From Antechinus flavipes (taxonomy: Eukaryota), in the NCBI RefSeq assembly GCF_016432865.1, contig NC_067399.1, positions 11,098,001-11,162,000 on the forward strand: a stretch of DNA of 64,000 nucleotides, read 5' to 3'. The position numbers and the translations under genes were made by a program. Below the pieces are notes generated by a model that searched no databases, was not told the origin of the DNA, and saw only the letters and a program-made list of their open reading frames with translations. Below are positions 13,075 through 26,140 of the stretch, piece by piece (within the stretch, counting starts at the first letter, position 1; each line of letters begins with the position of its first letter).

Positions 13075-16000
13075 CCTTATCATTTTTTACAGTGAGAAGC
13101 ATTTCATGACATTCATGCAGAACAATTTGTATAATCATTCCCCAAAGTACTGTGATATAAATATTTTGGAGCACATGGGGAATATTTTTTTTCTCATTAA
13201 TGGCTTCCTTAGTTTTTGCACCAAATAAATGGAGTCTCTGGTTCAAAGAATGTAAATATTTTAGTCAGATCACTTGAATAATTTTTTAATTGCTTTCCAA
13301 AATGTTTGCATCACTTCACAACTCTAGCAATAATGTATTAGTGTACCCATCTTCCCACAAATCCTTCAGAACAGACCATTTTTATTTTTTGTCATCTTTG
13401 ACAATTTTCAGGGCTTGAGATAAAACCTGACAGTTGTGATTTGCATTCTCTTTTATGACAAAGTGGGAGCATTCTGACCATTTGCCTATTGGAGAATCGC
13501 CATAAGTCACATGTATTTATTGATGTTCGATTGTCTCAGTTGTGTCTGATTCTTTGTAACCTCCACAAGCAACATACTAGAGTGGTTGCCATTTCCCTCT
13601 CTAGCTCATTTTACAGATAAAGAAACTGAGGCAAATAGTTTTATGTGACTTGTCTAAGGTCCCAGAATTAGTAGATGTCTGGAGCTAGATTGCAACTCGG
13701 ATAGATGAATCTTCCTGACTCCAGGCCTGGTACTCATTGTGTCACAAAGCACCATTAAGTGCTTTTCTCACAGCAACTTTTTGATATGGATAACATAAAT
13801 ATTTTTGTCTCTATTTTTCAAATGAAAAAATAGGTTAAATAAGGACTAAGCCCATGGTCACATTTTTTAGGAAAAGATAGGTTGGAAAGATTTGATATCT
13901 TGTTGTTCAATTGTTTCAATGATGTCTGACTTTTTTTGATGCCATTTGAGATTTTCTTGGCAAAAGTAGTTACTGCAGTGATTTGACATTTCCTTCTCCA
14001 GCTCATTTTACAGAGAGGAATTGAAGCCAACAGGCTTACGTCACTTTCCCAGGATCATTCAGCTATTAAGTATGAGAATGGATTTAAACTCAGGTCTTTT
14101 TGATTTCAAGTTCTGTGTTCTATTTACTAAACCACATGATTTTGATGACTCTTGCTTTTTAATATAGTTTGAAGTCTCAAAATGCTATTACCCATTTATT
14201 CTTCTTTTCTTAGCTTCCTTTTATGTTCTAAATCTTTTTTTCCAAGTGAACTATAAAATTGTTGATTGATATAACATTAAAAGTGTAAATTAATGTTGAT
14301 AATATTGCAATTTTTGGATAGTTGTTTGATAGTATTGTCATATATTGCATTTAGTATCTTTGATGATTTCTTGGGATTTTCCAAATAGACCATGATATCA
14401 TCAGAAAGAATTTTATCTCCTCTTATCTTTATCCCTTCAATTTCTTTCTCTCATCTTATGGCCATTACTAATATTTTCAGAATTATATCCAATAATAGTG
14501 GGGAGAAGAGGCATCCTTGTGTCACTCTCATATTTACTGGAAATGTTTCTAGCATATCTCATTGCAAATGAAACTTACTTTTGGTTTGAAATATATATAT
14601 ATATATAAGGTTCCTCTATTCCTATATTTTGTAGGCATAGATGTACATTTTTTTAAGCATAAAAAGTTACACATTTTCAAAGGCTTTTTCTGAATATTGT
14701 CTTTTTTTGTTGTTTTGGATATTTTGGTTTTTAATATGATTATTTATGTTGATTGTTTCCCTAATGTTGACCTATGCTAGTATCTTTGGTATGATGATGA
14801 AGAAAGATTTTTTGGGTAAGGTTTCCATTTTTTTTTTTTTTTTGTTTAAAACATTGCTTAAAATTTTTGAATTCATGTAAATTAATTATTTTGGTCTATA
14901 GTTTTCCTTCCATTTTTTATATTTCCTTGGATTAGACATTAAGACTACCATTGTTTCATAAAAGCCTTCTGACAGGTTTTTGCTTTCTCATTTTTTCAGT
15001 ATAATTTGTGAAGTGTGTTTATTAATTAATCTTCAAAAGTTTCATAGAATTGCCCCATGGATCCAGGCATCTGTTTTCCATTTGGTAGTTCCTTTAAAGA
15101 TGGATCTATATCTTTTTCTGAGATTAGATTACTTAAAATTCTTTATCTGGCCTTCTAATAGTTTGAATATTTTATATCTTCAAATATATTTCTTTATATC
15201 CTTTGTGTTTTGTTTTGTTAATATGTAACTATGCATAATACATTTTCAATATTATTTTCATTTCTTCTGGTTGTGCTGTGATTTCATCTTACTCATTTGC
15301 TATTTTATTGATTTAATTTTCTGTTCTCTTCTTTTAATTAGATTAGACAGGGATTGATCCATTTTATTAATTTTTCAAAGAATAAGTTTTGAGCTTTATT
15401 ATTTATTTTTGTTTCCAATTTATTTATTTTGCCTTCATTTTAAATATCTCCTCTCTCATTCTTATGTTAGGTTTCTTTATTTGCTGTTTTTAAAATTTTT
15501 AAACATGTATATTCCATTCATTAATCTTTTTTTCTATTTCACTAATGTATGATAGTAAAGATATGATTTCTTCTTTGAGGAATGCTTCAACTGCATCCCA
15601 GAACTTTTGGCATGTTCTTTCATTGTTATCATTTTTATATAGTTATTATTTGTTTTTATGATTTATTCTTTGATCTATTCATTATTTAGTATTTTGTTGT
15701 TATGTCTCCATTTGGGTCTGTGTCTTTTGTCTGAGTAAATGTTTTTTCTTTTCTTTTTTATTTATTTATTGCATTATGGCCTATGAGGAATATTTTGATT
15801 ATTTCTGCATTTTTATATTTGTTTACAGCGTCTCTATCCTTTGATACATGGGCATTTTTTTTAAGTTTCTTTATAGTGTGGTGAAATGTCTATATTTTCT
15901 TGCTATCCCACTTAGAAGACATCCTAAGTCTTTGAATTCTTACTTTCTCCAGAAATGTATTCAGTTATAGATTTCCCCTATCTTTCTGTTAAATTTATCC

Positions 16001-17500
16001 AAAACAGAGAGGTATTGAAATATCTGATAGCATGATGATATGTGCCTTTTTAAATTAACTTACTACATAATAGTTTTTTAAAATATCTTATTTAATTTGG
16101 TATTTATCAGTATATCTTTTTTTTTAAAAAAATTATTTCTTGTAAGTAAATTGATATCTAATTTGGCCTCTCTTCATTTTATTGGATTTTTTAATCTATT
16201 CACATTTAAAGTTATCAGAGTTAAGTGTATATTTCCTTCGAGTTGTCTCTAAATATTTTTCTTATTAAGATTCTGCCCCCCATACTCTGTAAACTTAGCA
16301 CTGTTTCTTCAGCGATTTTACTGAAATCTTTTTTTTTAAAGGTGGATTTATTTTCAATGACTGCCTTTCCCATCTCAGTCCTTTATTTTTCTTTGCCCTT
16401 CCTCCATCATTGTAGTTTTGTTTTTTGTTCATATCTCCTGTTTTTATTTGGTTATATGTTTTTTCTTTTTCTTTTTTCTTTTAGTTAAGTAGACTCTCCC
16501 ATCTCCTCTTCTTCAGCTAATCTTGTTCATTAGTCTTTCAATTTCATTTTTGAGCTCTTTTCTAAAAAAGTCTTTATCTCACTTTTATTACCCATTTTTT
16601 CTTTTTGCTTACTATAGACCTTCATTCTCTGTTTTGTGATCTCTGTACTCATCTGGTCTTTCTCTCCTCACAGTATTCTATACAATCAAAGCTTCCAAGA
16701 TAGCCATTCTGGGCTCTGCCTACTGCCACTGCTTTGTAGGGCTTACTCCATAAACCCTACTTTTCCATTCACTCTGAGGAAATGCCAATTATTGCCAATG
16801 TTGGAAAAGTACCCTAGAACCTATCCCCCTATCTATATCCTTTCTTGTTGACCTTTTCCCTTCCCTCATTTGCCCAAATATCTCTTCCCTGTGCTTTTGC
16901 TCTTTTTCTCCTCCAGGTTTCTGTTGTTCCTAAGGATTCCAATTCCCTCCTTCCCAACACAAATAGATTTTTCATGCACCAAATCCCTCAGCCCTCATTT
17001 AGTATAGAATCCTCAGCTTCTTTTATTCATATAAATATTCATCATTGGACCCCTTCCCAACTACAAAGTAAAGTCTCCTTTTTCATTATTTTCCCCCTCC
17101 TCCTTACCCAGTCCCCTATAGGTGCTTTTCTTTCTGAGACAACGAAGATTAGCTAGCCCTTGATTTTGATCTCAGGGCATCACTCACTCTATTCACCTGC
17201 TTTCCTCCCCCTTTTAATGTATCTTCTCATTGGAAGTGAGTGGAACACTCACCTGTGTGTGGGAGATGCCTATAAATTCTGTCTATACTGTTTACTGTTC
17301 TCTTCACTGTTACCTCTATGATATTTTCTTGTGTACATTTGGAAAGAAGTCTCTGATTGAGTTGTCATATTATTGCTGTTGCTGTCTGTATTTATTTAGT
17401 CCTCCTGAAATTCTGTTGTTTGGGGTGTCTGAGGAACAAATACTCTCAGTTTTGACTTTGTTTCTATATATATATTTGACTCTGATTTCTTACTGAAATC
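13075..17500 (-). mobile_element. Long, old, fragmented L1 with SINE insertions (about 13520-13760 and 13885-14140)
   Basis: Antisense ORF2 motifs: gttgtgatttgcattctc (13433), gggattttccaaatagaccatgatatcatcag (14373), actgcatcccagaacttttggcatgtt (15590). T-rich antisense character throughout. Confidence 0.75.
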
Positions 17501-18119
17501 TTTGGTAATTTCTTCCCCATTCCCTAGTAACCTTAATTAAAAACTGTAACCCTAAATGCATGTCCTAACACTAAAAATGCATACCCTAATTCTAACCCTA
17601 AATGGACTTCCTGACTTCCTTCCATTTGATTGTAGTTTCCTTAGTGGTTATATCATAAAGCTTTTTAGGCTCCACTTATAGCCAGAAATTCAGGATTTAC
17701 CAGCCTAGGTCTTTGCCTCAAATAATTTTTGGATGGTCAGAATTGATCCCGTATGAGGTCCACTTTTTCTCATCATTGTGGAAGGCCACACACTCCCTTC
17801 CAATGCATGCAAGATGTCTGGTCTTGGTGACTGGTTCTACTCCCTACGTTATTTCTCTGGCCTAAAAATCTACAAATTAGAGCCTATTTCTCCCAGCTCT
17901 GGCAGCTGAGAATTTGTATTGCTGGTGCTTCTGGGTTATTAGCCTTTCATAGGTTTTTGCATCGAAGTCCAAGCAAATTTCCACAGCCAAGAACAAAGGT
18001 CTCTGTGGCATTGGAAAATGGGAAGGAGAACAGGTTATATGAGTAAGTTTTGATACAAACCTCTGTAATATCTATGCATCTGTTTTATGGTTTCATGGTT
18101 TCATTGTTAACAGGTGGAA

Positions 18120-18520
18120 GGTGGAAAAGGGGTGCTGTGTGAATTTGGAGTCGATGAGCACCAATTCCCATTTTTTTTTAATCATTTGAATTCTGGATAT
18201 TCTAATCCATGGAACAAAATGAGGTTGTTTTGTCTTTAGTACATAATTTCAGTTTTGGAAATATTTGCAAAGTCATGGGGATTAAAGACGATATTTAGTC
18301 TGCCATCTTGTTGCTCACCAGAAATTTTCCCCATTGAATTTTAGCATAAATCAGACTGCACATTTTGGCTTTTTGAGATCTTTAGGGATCCTAAACCTGT
18401 CATCTATAATCAAATAATTCCTTCTAGTTTGTGTCATAAGCAATCCGTTTTCCTATTTGTTAAGTCATCTGTTCACTAATACTTGAATTCACCTCTCCAG
18501 TTTTTTTCTTTTTCTTCTCC
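18120..18520 (-). mobile_element. Decayed L1 ORF2 endonuclease remnant
   Basis: Frameshifted minus-strand translation gives ordered EN-like motifs: KKTGEV..ISEQ (cf. KKAGVAILISDK), RNYLII (GNYIL), LIYAK (NIYAPN), GRLNIVFNPHD (GDFN..L..LD), QNNLI...YP (QxDLI...HP). Aligned by eye. Confidence 0.55.
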
Positions 18521-18834
18521 TGTTCCACATAACTGGGGAGTCCCAAATACAGAAGTTACATCAGGCAACTGTCAAAATCAGTGGTAAAGAAACATAAAGG
18601 GGACTTCCCACAAGTGGACCCACTGCTTGTGCATTCTGCTCCTGGTTTCTGAAAGGGTAGAATTGCTGTATTGGGCTGAATATAAGCTGTGCTTTCCCCT
18701 TAAATCTGGCTTGTTCAAAACCTCAGGAAAATGTATATTGATCGAATTTGGGAATGGCAACATACATGATGGAGACAAAGATGATACACTAATATTAAAA
18801 AAAAAAGGAGTAGGGATAAGGCCTTTGCCCAGGA

Positions 18835-20830
18835 TTTCATGGTTTTTTTCCTTTTTAAAATACTTATTTATTTAAAACTAAATAAAATTAAAAAAATAGC
18901 AAAAAATGGGAAAGGAAATAAAAAGCAAAAACAAAAAAAATGTTATGTGTCCAGCAGAACATCAGAGAGGACTCAAAATATGTAACAACAAATTTCCAAT
19001 ATAATAAAAACATATTATAGAAGAAATTATACTCATGACTATCCATCTTTGCTTTCTTGTAGGATATTCTTTTATTCTCTGCTGTGCATTTTTTACTTTA
19101 TTTTTTTCCCTTCCCACTCCCCCCCCCCCCCCCACTTCTAAGAAAACTACAGTTAATCAAAGGCACACACACACACACACATATTGCATAATCTATACCA
19201 ACAATATTCATATATGTATATACACACAGAAAAATACATATGTGCATACCAATGCATATATACACATATTTACATACATAAACATTTACACATATGTGGA
19301 AAGCATCTAAAACATCAATATGACTTACATGTAGATTTCTCTCTTAATTGAATCTTTAAGTTTGACTTTGTCAATTTGTCAATGATTACTACTCCTACTT
19401 TTTCCCTTAATAAATTCTACTCCTAATCCTTATAGTGTTTGTCTATAACTGTTTCCTTTCCCTACTAACTCTCTTTCTTTCATTGCACTCCTTACCTTGC
19501 CTTGCTACTACTTAACCTACTTCCCTTACCGCCATGGATCCCTCCAACCCTATCCCTTCCCCATTAATCTACATATCTGGTCCAACTGTAGGAAATCTAT
19601 ATATCTTTCTTCTTTTTATATCCCACCTTATCCTATTCTTTCCCCTCTTATTTCTTTATAGATTTTGGAGCATAGTAAACATTTCATGCTATATGCATAC
19701 ATATAGATAGATATATATGTATATGTAATAATATGCATTTGTGTGTATAAATATTTCTACTTAATCCCCTTCTGATGTATGTTTTCAAAACTACCAGCTC
19801 TTCTCCCCTCTCTAATGCCTCTGTGTTGGTTCTTCTTCTGCAGCTCATTTGTATATTTGTATAATTTGTATACCTAATATTTTTACTTTTTCTTAGACAG
19901 TTTTGCTTTTTAGTCAGATTATACTCAGCTCCACTCAATCTTTCTTTTGAACTACCCAATTACTGATGTCAGTCTTACATATATGGTTTTCATTGCCATA
20001 TAAAAAAAATAAACAATTTGTCCTGGTTGATTTTTGGTCACAGCTTTCAGGTAGTCCAATTATTCTTGTATTTTCTCTTCGTCTGTTCTTTAGATCTGTT
20101 GTTTTTCATATAATACATTTCACATTCTCTTCTATGTTTTCATTCTTTATGTTTTATTTTTATTTTGGGCCTCTTAAAGCTTTATTGGTTTTCCCTTGTC
20201 CAATTCTAATTTCCAAAGATGCATTTTCTTCTTTCAAACTCTGGATTGCCCTTTCTAGTTGGTTAACTTTCTTTTCATAATCTCGTTTTTTCTTGAATGG
20301 TTCTTTATGTTTTGTTGTTTTTCCTCAGTCTCTCTCATTTGGTTTTTAAAGTCTTTTTTTTTTTGGAGTTCTTCTATAAATTCTTTCAGGACAGTTAACT
20401 ATTTAGCATTACTCTCTTGGGTAGAAGAGACTTATTTATTTATTTATTTAAGTATCCTCCTCTCAAAAAGAACCCCAGGCTTCTCTATTCCTATGGTAAG
20501 TTTCTAAGGTTGGATTCTTTCTCCTTTGCCTATTCTTTTTAAAATATGAGAATTTAATAGTGCAAGCATCTTTAATCCTGGGGGTGAAGGGGAATGGCGC
20601 CTATGACTTCACTTCAAATTTCCCCTCTGACCTGAAACCCCAAACCAAAAATTTCACCTTCCTGCAAGTGCTCACAGCCAGCAGCAGCCCTATCCCACTG
20701 ATTTTGCACACGAAGGGTGGACTGATTCCTTCCCAATAAAGGCTGCATCTCTGTAGCAGAGCTGGGCCTGCAGTTCCTTATCACGAGAGGTTCCCTTAGT
20801 CTTCCTGAATTCAGATATGGGATTTGCCAC
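18835..20830 (-). mobile_element. Old L1/HAL1-like element (3' UTR, ORF1-like antisense, GC-richer 5' region)
   Basis: T-rich antisense coiled-coil-type text 20050-20400 (ttctttcaaactctggattgccctttctagttgg), L1-type 5' segment 20590-20830, and A-rich 3' UTR with (CA)n at 19165. Confidence 0.55.
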
Positions 20831-20859
20831 TTGTTAAGGGCCATGCCTGGGTGAAGGGG

Positions 20860-21120
20860 CAGGTTGATTCTCCGAAAGCCTCCACAGCTGTGGATCATAA
20901 CATCTGAAGGAGTTGCAAAGTAGCCTTTACTTATGCAGATGTTGCTTGTGGAATGGGAATGAGATAAACTGGAGGCAGAGGGAAGAGGAGAGAGATCAGA
21001 CAATGCAACTGCCTCTCAGTCTCCTTGTATCATCATCACTCGGTCACGTGAAGAAATCCATTCTACAGGTCTGAGTTAGACCTCCAGCAGCCACTGGCAG
21101 GTGACTCCCGAATCACAACA
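20860..21120. repeat. Interspersed repeat, copy 1; homologous to 47740-48000
   Basis: Shares cagatgttgcttgtg, aatgcaactgcctc and ctccttgtatcat with the 47.8-kb copy in the same order and orientation. Confidence 0.85.
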
Positions 21121-21963
21121 GCCACTCTTTCTTTCCTGCACTAATTTCTCTGCTGAACTCCAGACTCAAAACTCCAATTATCCATTGGACATTTTGAACA
21201 AGGACTCCACTGACTCACTGATGGATGCAGGAAAGATTTATTTTACATTCTTGCAAGAATGGATCCCAGGACCTTCCAGATGAAGAAACTCCCTCTACCT
21301 TATGTAAGCTGCTATCTATCTTTTCTGCAATTTGTATTCTTGGTGCATTGCCTACATTGAGAGGTTAAATGATTTGCCTAAGGTCACATAGACAGTTTGT
21401 GTCATTCAGAATTTAGTCTTCCTTTCTCTAAATCCAGTACTCTATTCACTATGCTATATTCAAATAAAATATTTTTTATTTGAAAGAAAAGAAGGAAATG
21501 TGAGAAAAAAAACCCCTTTCATAGTAATTAAAGTACACATAAGGCTACATGATGTATATCTACTAATGTCCTACCATTGAGTTTCCTGGGCATCAGGGTA
21601 AGAGTAGGATATTGTGACTTTGGGTCTATTATACTGGAGAACCAGACTAAGCTGGAAGAGCTAAAAGGGGGTAGATAGTCTGTGAACTTTATCACCATGT
21701 CTCAGGTGTCTTCCTACCACCGAGCATTTCTCCTCTCCTGTGACCCTTTTCCTCCATGATGAATTCCTCCATTTTGAGGAAGTATCAGCTATTGGCCATC
21801 TTGTATTCTTCTCTTAATTTTGTGACTTGACTACTATGTCCCTTGAATATCTCTTGCCCTGTTCCTGGTCTGTAAGATGATCTGTACCTCACTTATACAC
21901 ACATGTATATACACACATATGTACAAACACACATACACACATACACACACATACACATACACA

Positions 21964-22010
21964 CAGTGGTTCTCAATAAAGATATTGCGAACAAAAGTTT
22001 GAGAACACTA
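21964..22010. mobile_element. 47-bp hAT-Charlie/MER5-like mini-MITE (ends only)
   Basis: Starts cagtggttctcaa, ends ttgagaacacta; no 8-bp TSD visible. Confidence 0.35.
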
Positions 22011-22143
22011 TGTAAATATTAGCTATTACTATTATGACAAGTTGTAGAGAAGGTGCTGACCTGCATTGACAGAAGCAATTTTCTCATCTGGAAATTCCTT
22101 ATACCAGTGAAATCACAGGTCTAGTTTCCTAATTTTCAGAGTA

Positions 22144-22144
<1 letters not shown>

Positions 22145-22180
<36 letters not shown>
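22145..22180. repeat. (AC)18 microsatellite
   Basis: Read directly. Confidence 0.97.
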
Positions 22181-22182
<2 letters not shown>

Positions 22183-23044
22183 CTTTTCATTTAAAAGAGA
22201 TTTCATTTTAAAGGTACAACATATTTAGAGGAAACTTATATTTAGAGAAAATGTAACATGGCAGTTTTCTATTAATTTATCTCAGTGTGTTACCTGTGAT
22301 TTTGCATAATCTAGAATAAAAAGAGATGAAAAATTCTCCTGAAAGGAACAATGGAACAGCAAATGAGGAGTCTGTTTAAGGCATGATTTCCTAATAAACA
22401 CTTTTGTTGACTTCTTGACTGTCTTATTTGAAAAAAAAAGCTTTTATTTATAAAGCTTTTTAAAGGTTGCAATGCACTTGGGGGCTCACGAGCACTTGTC
22501 ACGTGGATAATAATAATGCAGCTATTGTTATCCCTATTTTATTCATAAGATGGAGAGAATGGAAAGTGGATGAGGGCACTAGAGCTTGGACGTTTGAGGT
22601 AGCTTGACCATTGCCATTGGTGACTGCCTCTGCCTGTCAGGATTTTGCTGAAAGGTGTGATTAGATGAATTGTTTCTTTTTGATAGAATAAGAAAAATGT
22701 TGATAGACTTTAACTGCCAACTCTCTCTTTTCCTCTGCCTCAGACATTAGAGATTCACTCTGAAACTTTTCTGATCTTTTAGTCTACTCATATTTCCTGA
22801 TTTACTTCATATTTTAAAGCTAACTCTCTTTAGACAAGCTATGATTAATAATAATTCCTTTGGATGTACGTTCTTATTTGAAAACAGGAGGTGACATTTA
22901 GGGTGAAAGCAGGGACCTAAGATTGGCATAGAAAAAATATAATAGAAATAATTATAGAAATTAGAAATAGAAATATAGAAAAAAGATAGAAAAATAAAAT
23001 AGAAAGAAATAAAGAAAATCAAACTTTGGTTCAAAATGTAGTTC

Positions 23045-23285
23045 CAGGTATGGAGGCAGGAAGACCAAAGTTCAAATCTGCCCTCATATACTTATTAGTA
23101 TAGGTGACTAGGCAAGTCATCTCACCTCTTTCTGCCTCAGTTTCCTCATCTGAAAACATGAATAATAATGATACCCATCTTTCAGGGTTGTTGGGAAGAT
23201 CTAATGAGACAGTAATTGTAAAACACTTAGCAGAATACCTGGCGCATAGTAAGTTCTCCTTAAATATTGGCTATTATTAGTTTTT
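23045..23285 (+). mobile_element. MIR SINE
   Basis: ggaagaccaaagttcaaatctgcc...gcctcagtttcctcatctgaaaac...gtaaaacacttagcagaatacctggcgcatagtaag. Confidence 0.85.
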
Positions 23286-23724
23286 CCTGGTTGAAGATTT
23301 GATTAAAAAAAAAAACAAAACTCATTGAATTTTGATTAATATCAAGTAAAAGTTGAAAACAAAGTAAAACTGGATCCAAGGATTTTTTTCTTCTCCTGAC
23401 TTCAGGTTAAAGGTAGCTAATCAGCATTGCTAGTTGGGAAGAGACTGGGTTCATTGTCTGTTTTTTCCCTTCCACTCTCCTTCTGCATACATGTGCAGAA
23501 AAAACCCTTCTACTGGGCGGAAATAAGGATGATGAAGAAGTAGGAATTGCCAGTAGAGGAGAAAAGTTGTGTCTTGACCTGTGTTGTAATGCAGATATTC
23601 TAAAGATTTTTCTCTAAAGGGAGTAAACGCTTCTTCTTTTTTTCTTTTTCTTTTTGTCTTCATTCTACAAATCCACACAGCAGGAAAGAATACAAATAAA
23701 TAAATAAATAGGAGGTCTAACCAG

Positions 23725-24070
23725 TACCCAGAAGACCTTCAAGTATTTGAGGGACCAATAGGTGGAAAAAAGGAATTAGAATTCTTTTGGTGGGGCTCTA
23801 GGACCAAATGAAAAACTAGGTCGAAGTTGTAAAGAGGCCAAATTAGACTGGATATCAGGAAATCCTTTTGAATAATTGTAGCTATCCCAAAGTAGAATGG
23901 GGCTATCTGGGAAATAGTGGGGGCCTCTTCATTGAAGGTCTCAAACAAAAGATAGATGGACACTTGTCACATATGCTACAGAAGGAATTCTTTTTCTGGA
24001 GTGACACGAACTACATGACTTCTGAGTTCCTTTTAAACTCCTGTGAAATTTCTCTAAATATTCTAACATT
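23725..24070 (+). mobile_element. CR1/L3 3' fragment
   Basis: ctatcccaaagtagaatgggct...ctcttcattgaaggtctcaaacaaaagatagatggacacttgtc. Confidence 0.7.
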
Positions 24071-24759
24071 TCACAGATTCTAGTTCATTGCATGGGCTGT
24101 CCATCTATCTATAACTCCTCACTCCTCATACATAAATAGTCCATGTCTCTTTTGAAGCATATATTTTCTGGATGGTGCCTTTTGTTCCTAGTATGCAAGT
24201 GAGCTTTTGGGATGCCACAAGAGAGTGAAGTCTTTCAGGAACTTTAGTTCGTGTCTAATTTACAAAATAATTTCATATTCATTTTCTTACTTGTTCTTTA
24301 TATTATCCTTATGAGGCAGGTGGGATATACTTAAAAAATATGAACCTGTGATTTTTATCTATTTAGGAAAATATTATATAGAAACACACTCTAATAATGC
24401 AGATTGATGTTTTCTCTCCAATTTTGAGCCATAGAGAGCTTCCTGGAGCCCTAAGACATTAAGGGGCTTATCCTGCTTCTCCACGGTCACACAGTTTGCA
24501 GGTGATAGGGGAGTGATTTAAATCCTACTCTTTCTAACTTTGAGATCATCTCTATTTCCACCAATCTATTGTTTATCGTCTCTGTTTTACAGGTGGTGAA
24601 ACTGAGACTCAGAGAGGTAAAAAGGTTTTCTTACAGCCATTTAGAGAAAGGAAGAACAAGGATGGGTTTCCAAGGTACCTGTCATAATTTTATCATACCA
24701 TGCTGCCTTCATTTACATATAGTTGGAATAAACTTTGCAGTACAAGTATAATGGAGGAA

Positions 24760-26140
24760 TGAGATTGGTCAATAAAAACTCGGTCTTCATGATCATGTTC
24801 AACTGTTCCTGACACAATCACCATGAAGGCTTCAGAGCAGGTATAAGTACTACTTTCCATCAGTTTACCTGAAAAGGACCTTTTTTGTTAGCTGATGAAT
24901 GGGATCAAGAGGCAGACAAAAGTTTCCCTAGGGGGCAACTAAGTTCTTTTTTTCCCCCCTGCTTGCCTTGTTTGAATGAAGATAAGTTATAATCCTGTGA
25001 GTTAGGAGAGATCTCAGACTCTGGGACTGATCTGTGCTCTATNNNNNNNNNNNNNNNNNNNNNNNNNNNNNNNNNNNNNNNNNNNNNNNNNNNNNNNNNN
25101 NNNNNNNNNNNNNNNNNNNNNNNNNNNNNNNNNNNNNNNNNNNNNNNNNNNNNNNNNNNNNNNNNNNNNNNNNNNNNNNNNNNNNNNNNNNNNNNNNNNN
25201 NNNNNNNNNNNNNNNNNNNNNNNNNNNNNNNNNNNNNNNNNNNNNNNNNNNNNNNNNNNNNNNNNNNNNNNNNNNNNNNNNNNNNNNNNNNNNNNNNNNN
25301 NNNNNNNNNNNNNNNNNNNNNNNNNNNNNNNNNNNNNNNNNNNNNNNNNNNNNNNNNNNNNNNNNNNNNNNNNNNNNNNNNNNNNNNNNNNNNNNNNNNN
25401 NNNNNNNNNNNNNNNNNNNNNNNNNNNNNNNNNNNNNNNNNNNNNNNNNNNNNNNNNNNNNNNNNGCAGGCAGACAGAAAAAGGCAGCATTTTGGAGATA
25501 CACAGAGAGACAGAGAAATAGAAATAGAAAGAGACACAGAAAGAAACAGAGAGACACCCATAAGCACACAGACCCAGAAAGACACAGAGTGAATAACAGA
25601 CAGACACACACACACAGAGATGCAGAAACAGAGAGAGCTAGAGAAAGAGAGAGAGGATTTCCTTTCCTGTTCTTTTATGAAGGAATATGAAGGTAGGCTA
25701 TTTCCTTGTGAAGTTTTAGAACTTGTGAAAAGAGATGAGATTTAAAAGCAAAATTCATGCCAGATTTTACAGCTACCTAAGTCTGGGGAGGAAAAGACCC
25801 AATGATCTACTTGACCCGGCATCATTGTGCTTCAAAGGCATCCAAGAGGGACTGACAAGAACACATCCATCTGCTCTGCTTCATTTGGAAGTGAGCTTGA
25901 TAGGACAGATGGCTTGCAGCAACTGAGTTAAGTTTGAGTTCACTCTCCCCATGGATCAATGTATTTCCCTTCCCCCAAGTATTAGCAAAATGTATTTCTA
26001 TTCTAACTCTATCATCTTAATAAATATTCCATAGTAAAAACTAATTTGTTACTAGATTAAATTTTACTTACTAGAGGATGTTATTGATATAAGGAAGATC
26101 CTAACCATAATTGCCAATAAATATTGATGAGACCATTCCA
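24760..26140 (+). mobile_element. LTR-like segment containing an assembly gap and a GA/CA-rich tract
   Basis: GA/CA low-complexity tract 25466-25660 after the gap, then R/U5-like text with AATAAA at 26019. TG...CA ends and TSD not identified. Confidence 0.35.
25043..25465. other. Assembly gap (423 N)
   Basis: N run; explains the four long X-containing ORFs 24905-25690. Confidence 0.99.

Noticed and set aside
23530-23590. C/D snoRNA (ATGATGA box)
   Set aside because: No properly placed D box (CTGA) or terminal stem.
24905-25690. Long ORFs of 190-236 aa
   Set aside because: They run through the 423-N gap and GA/CA low-complexity sequence.
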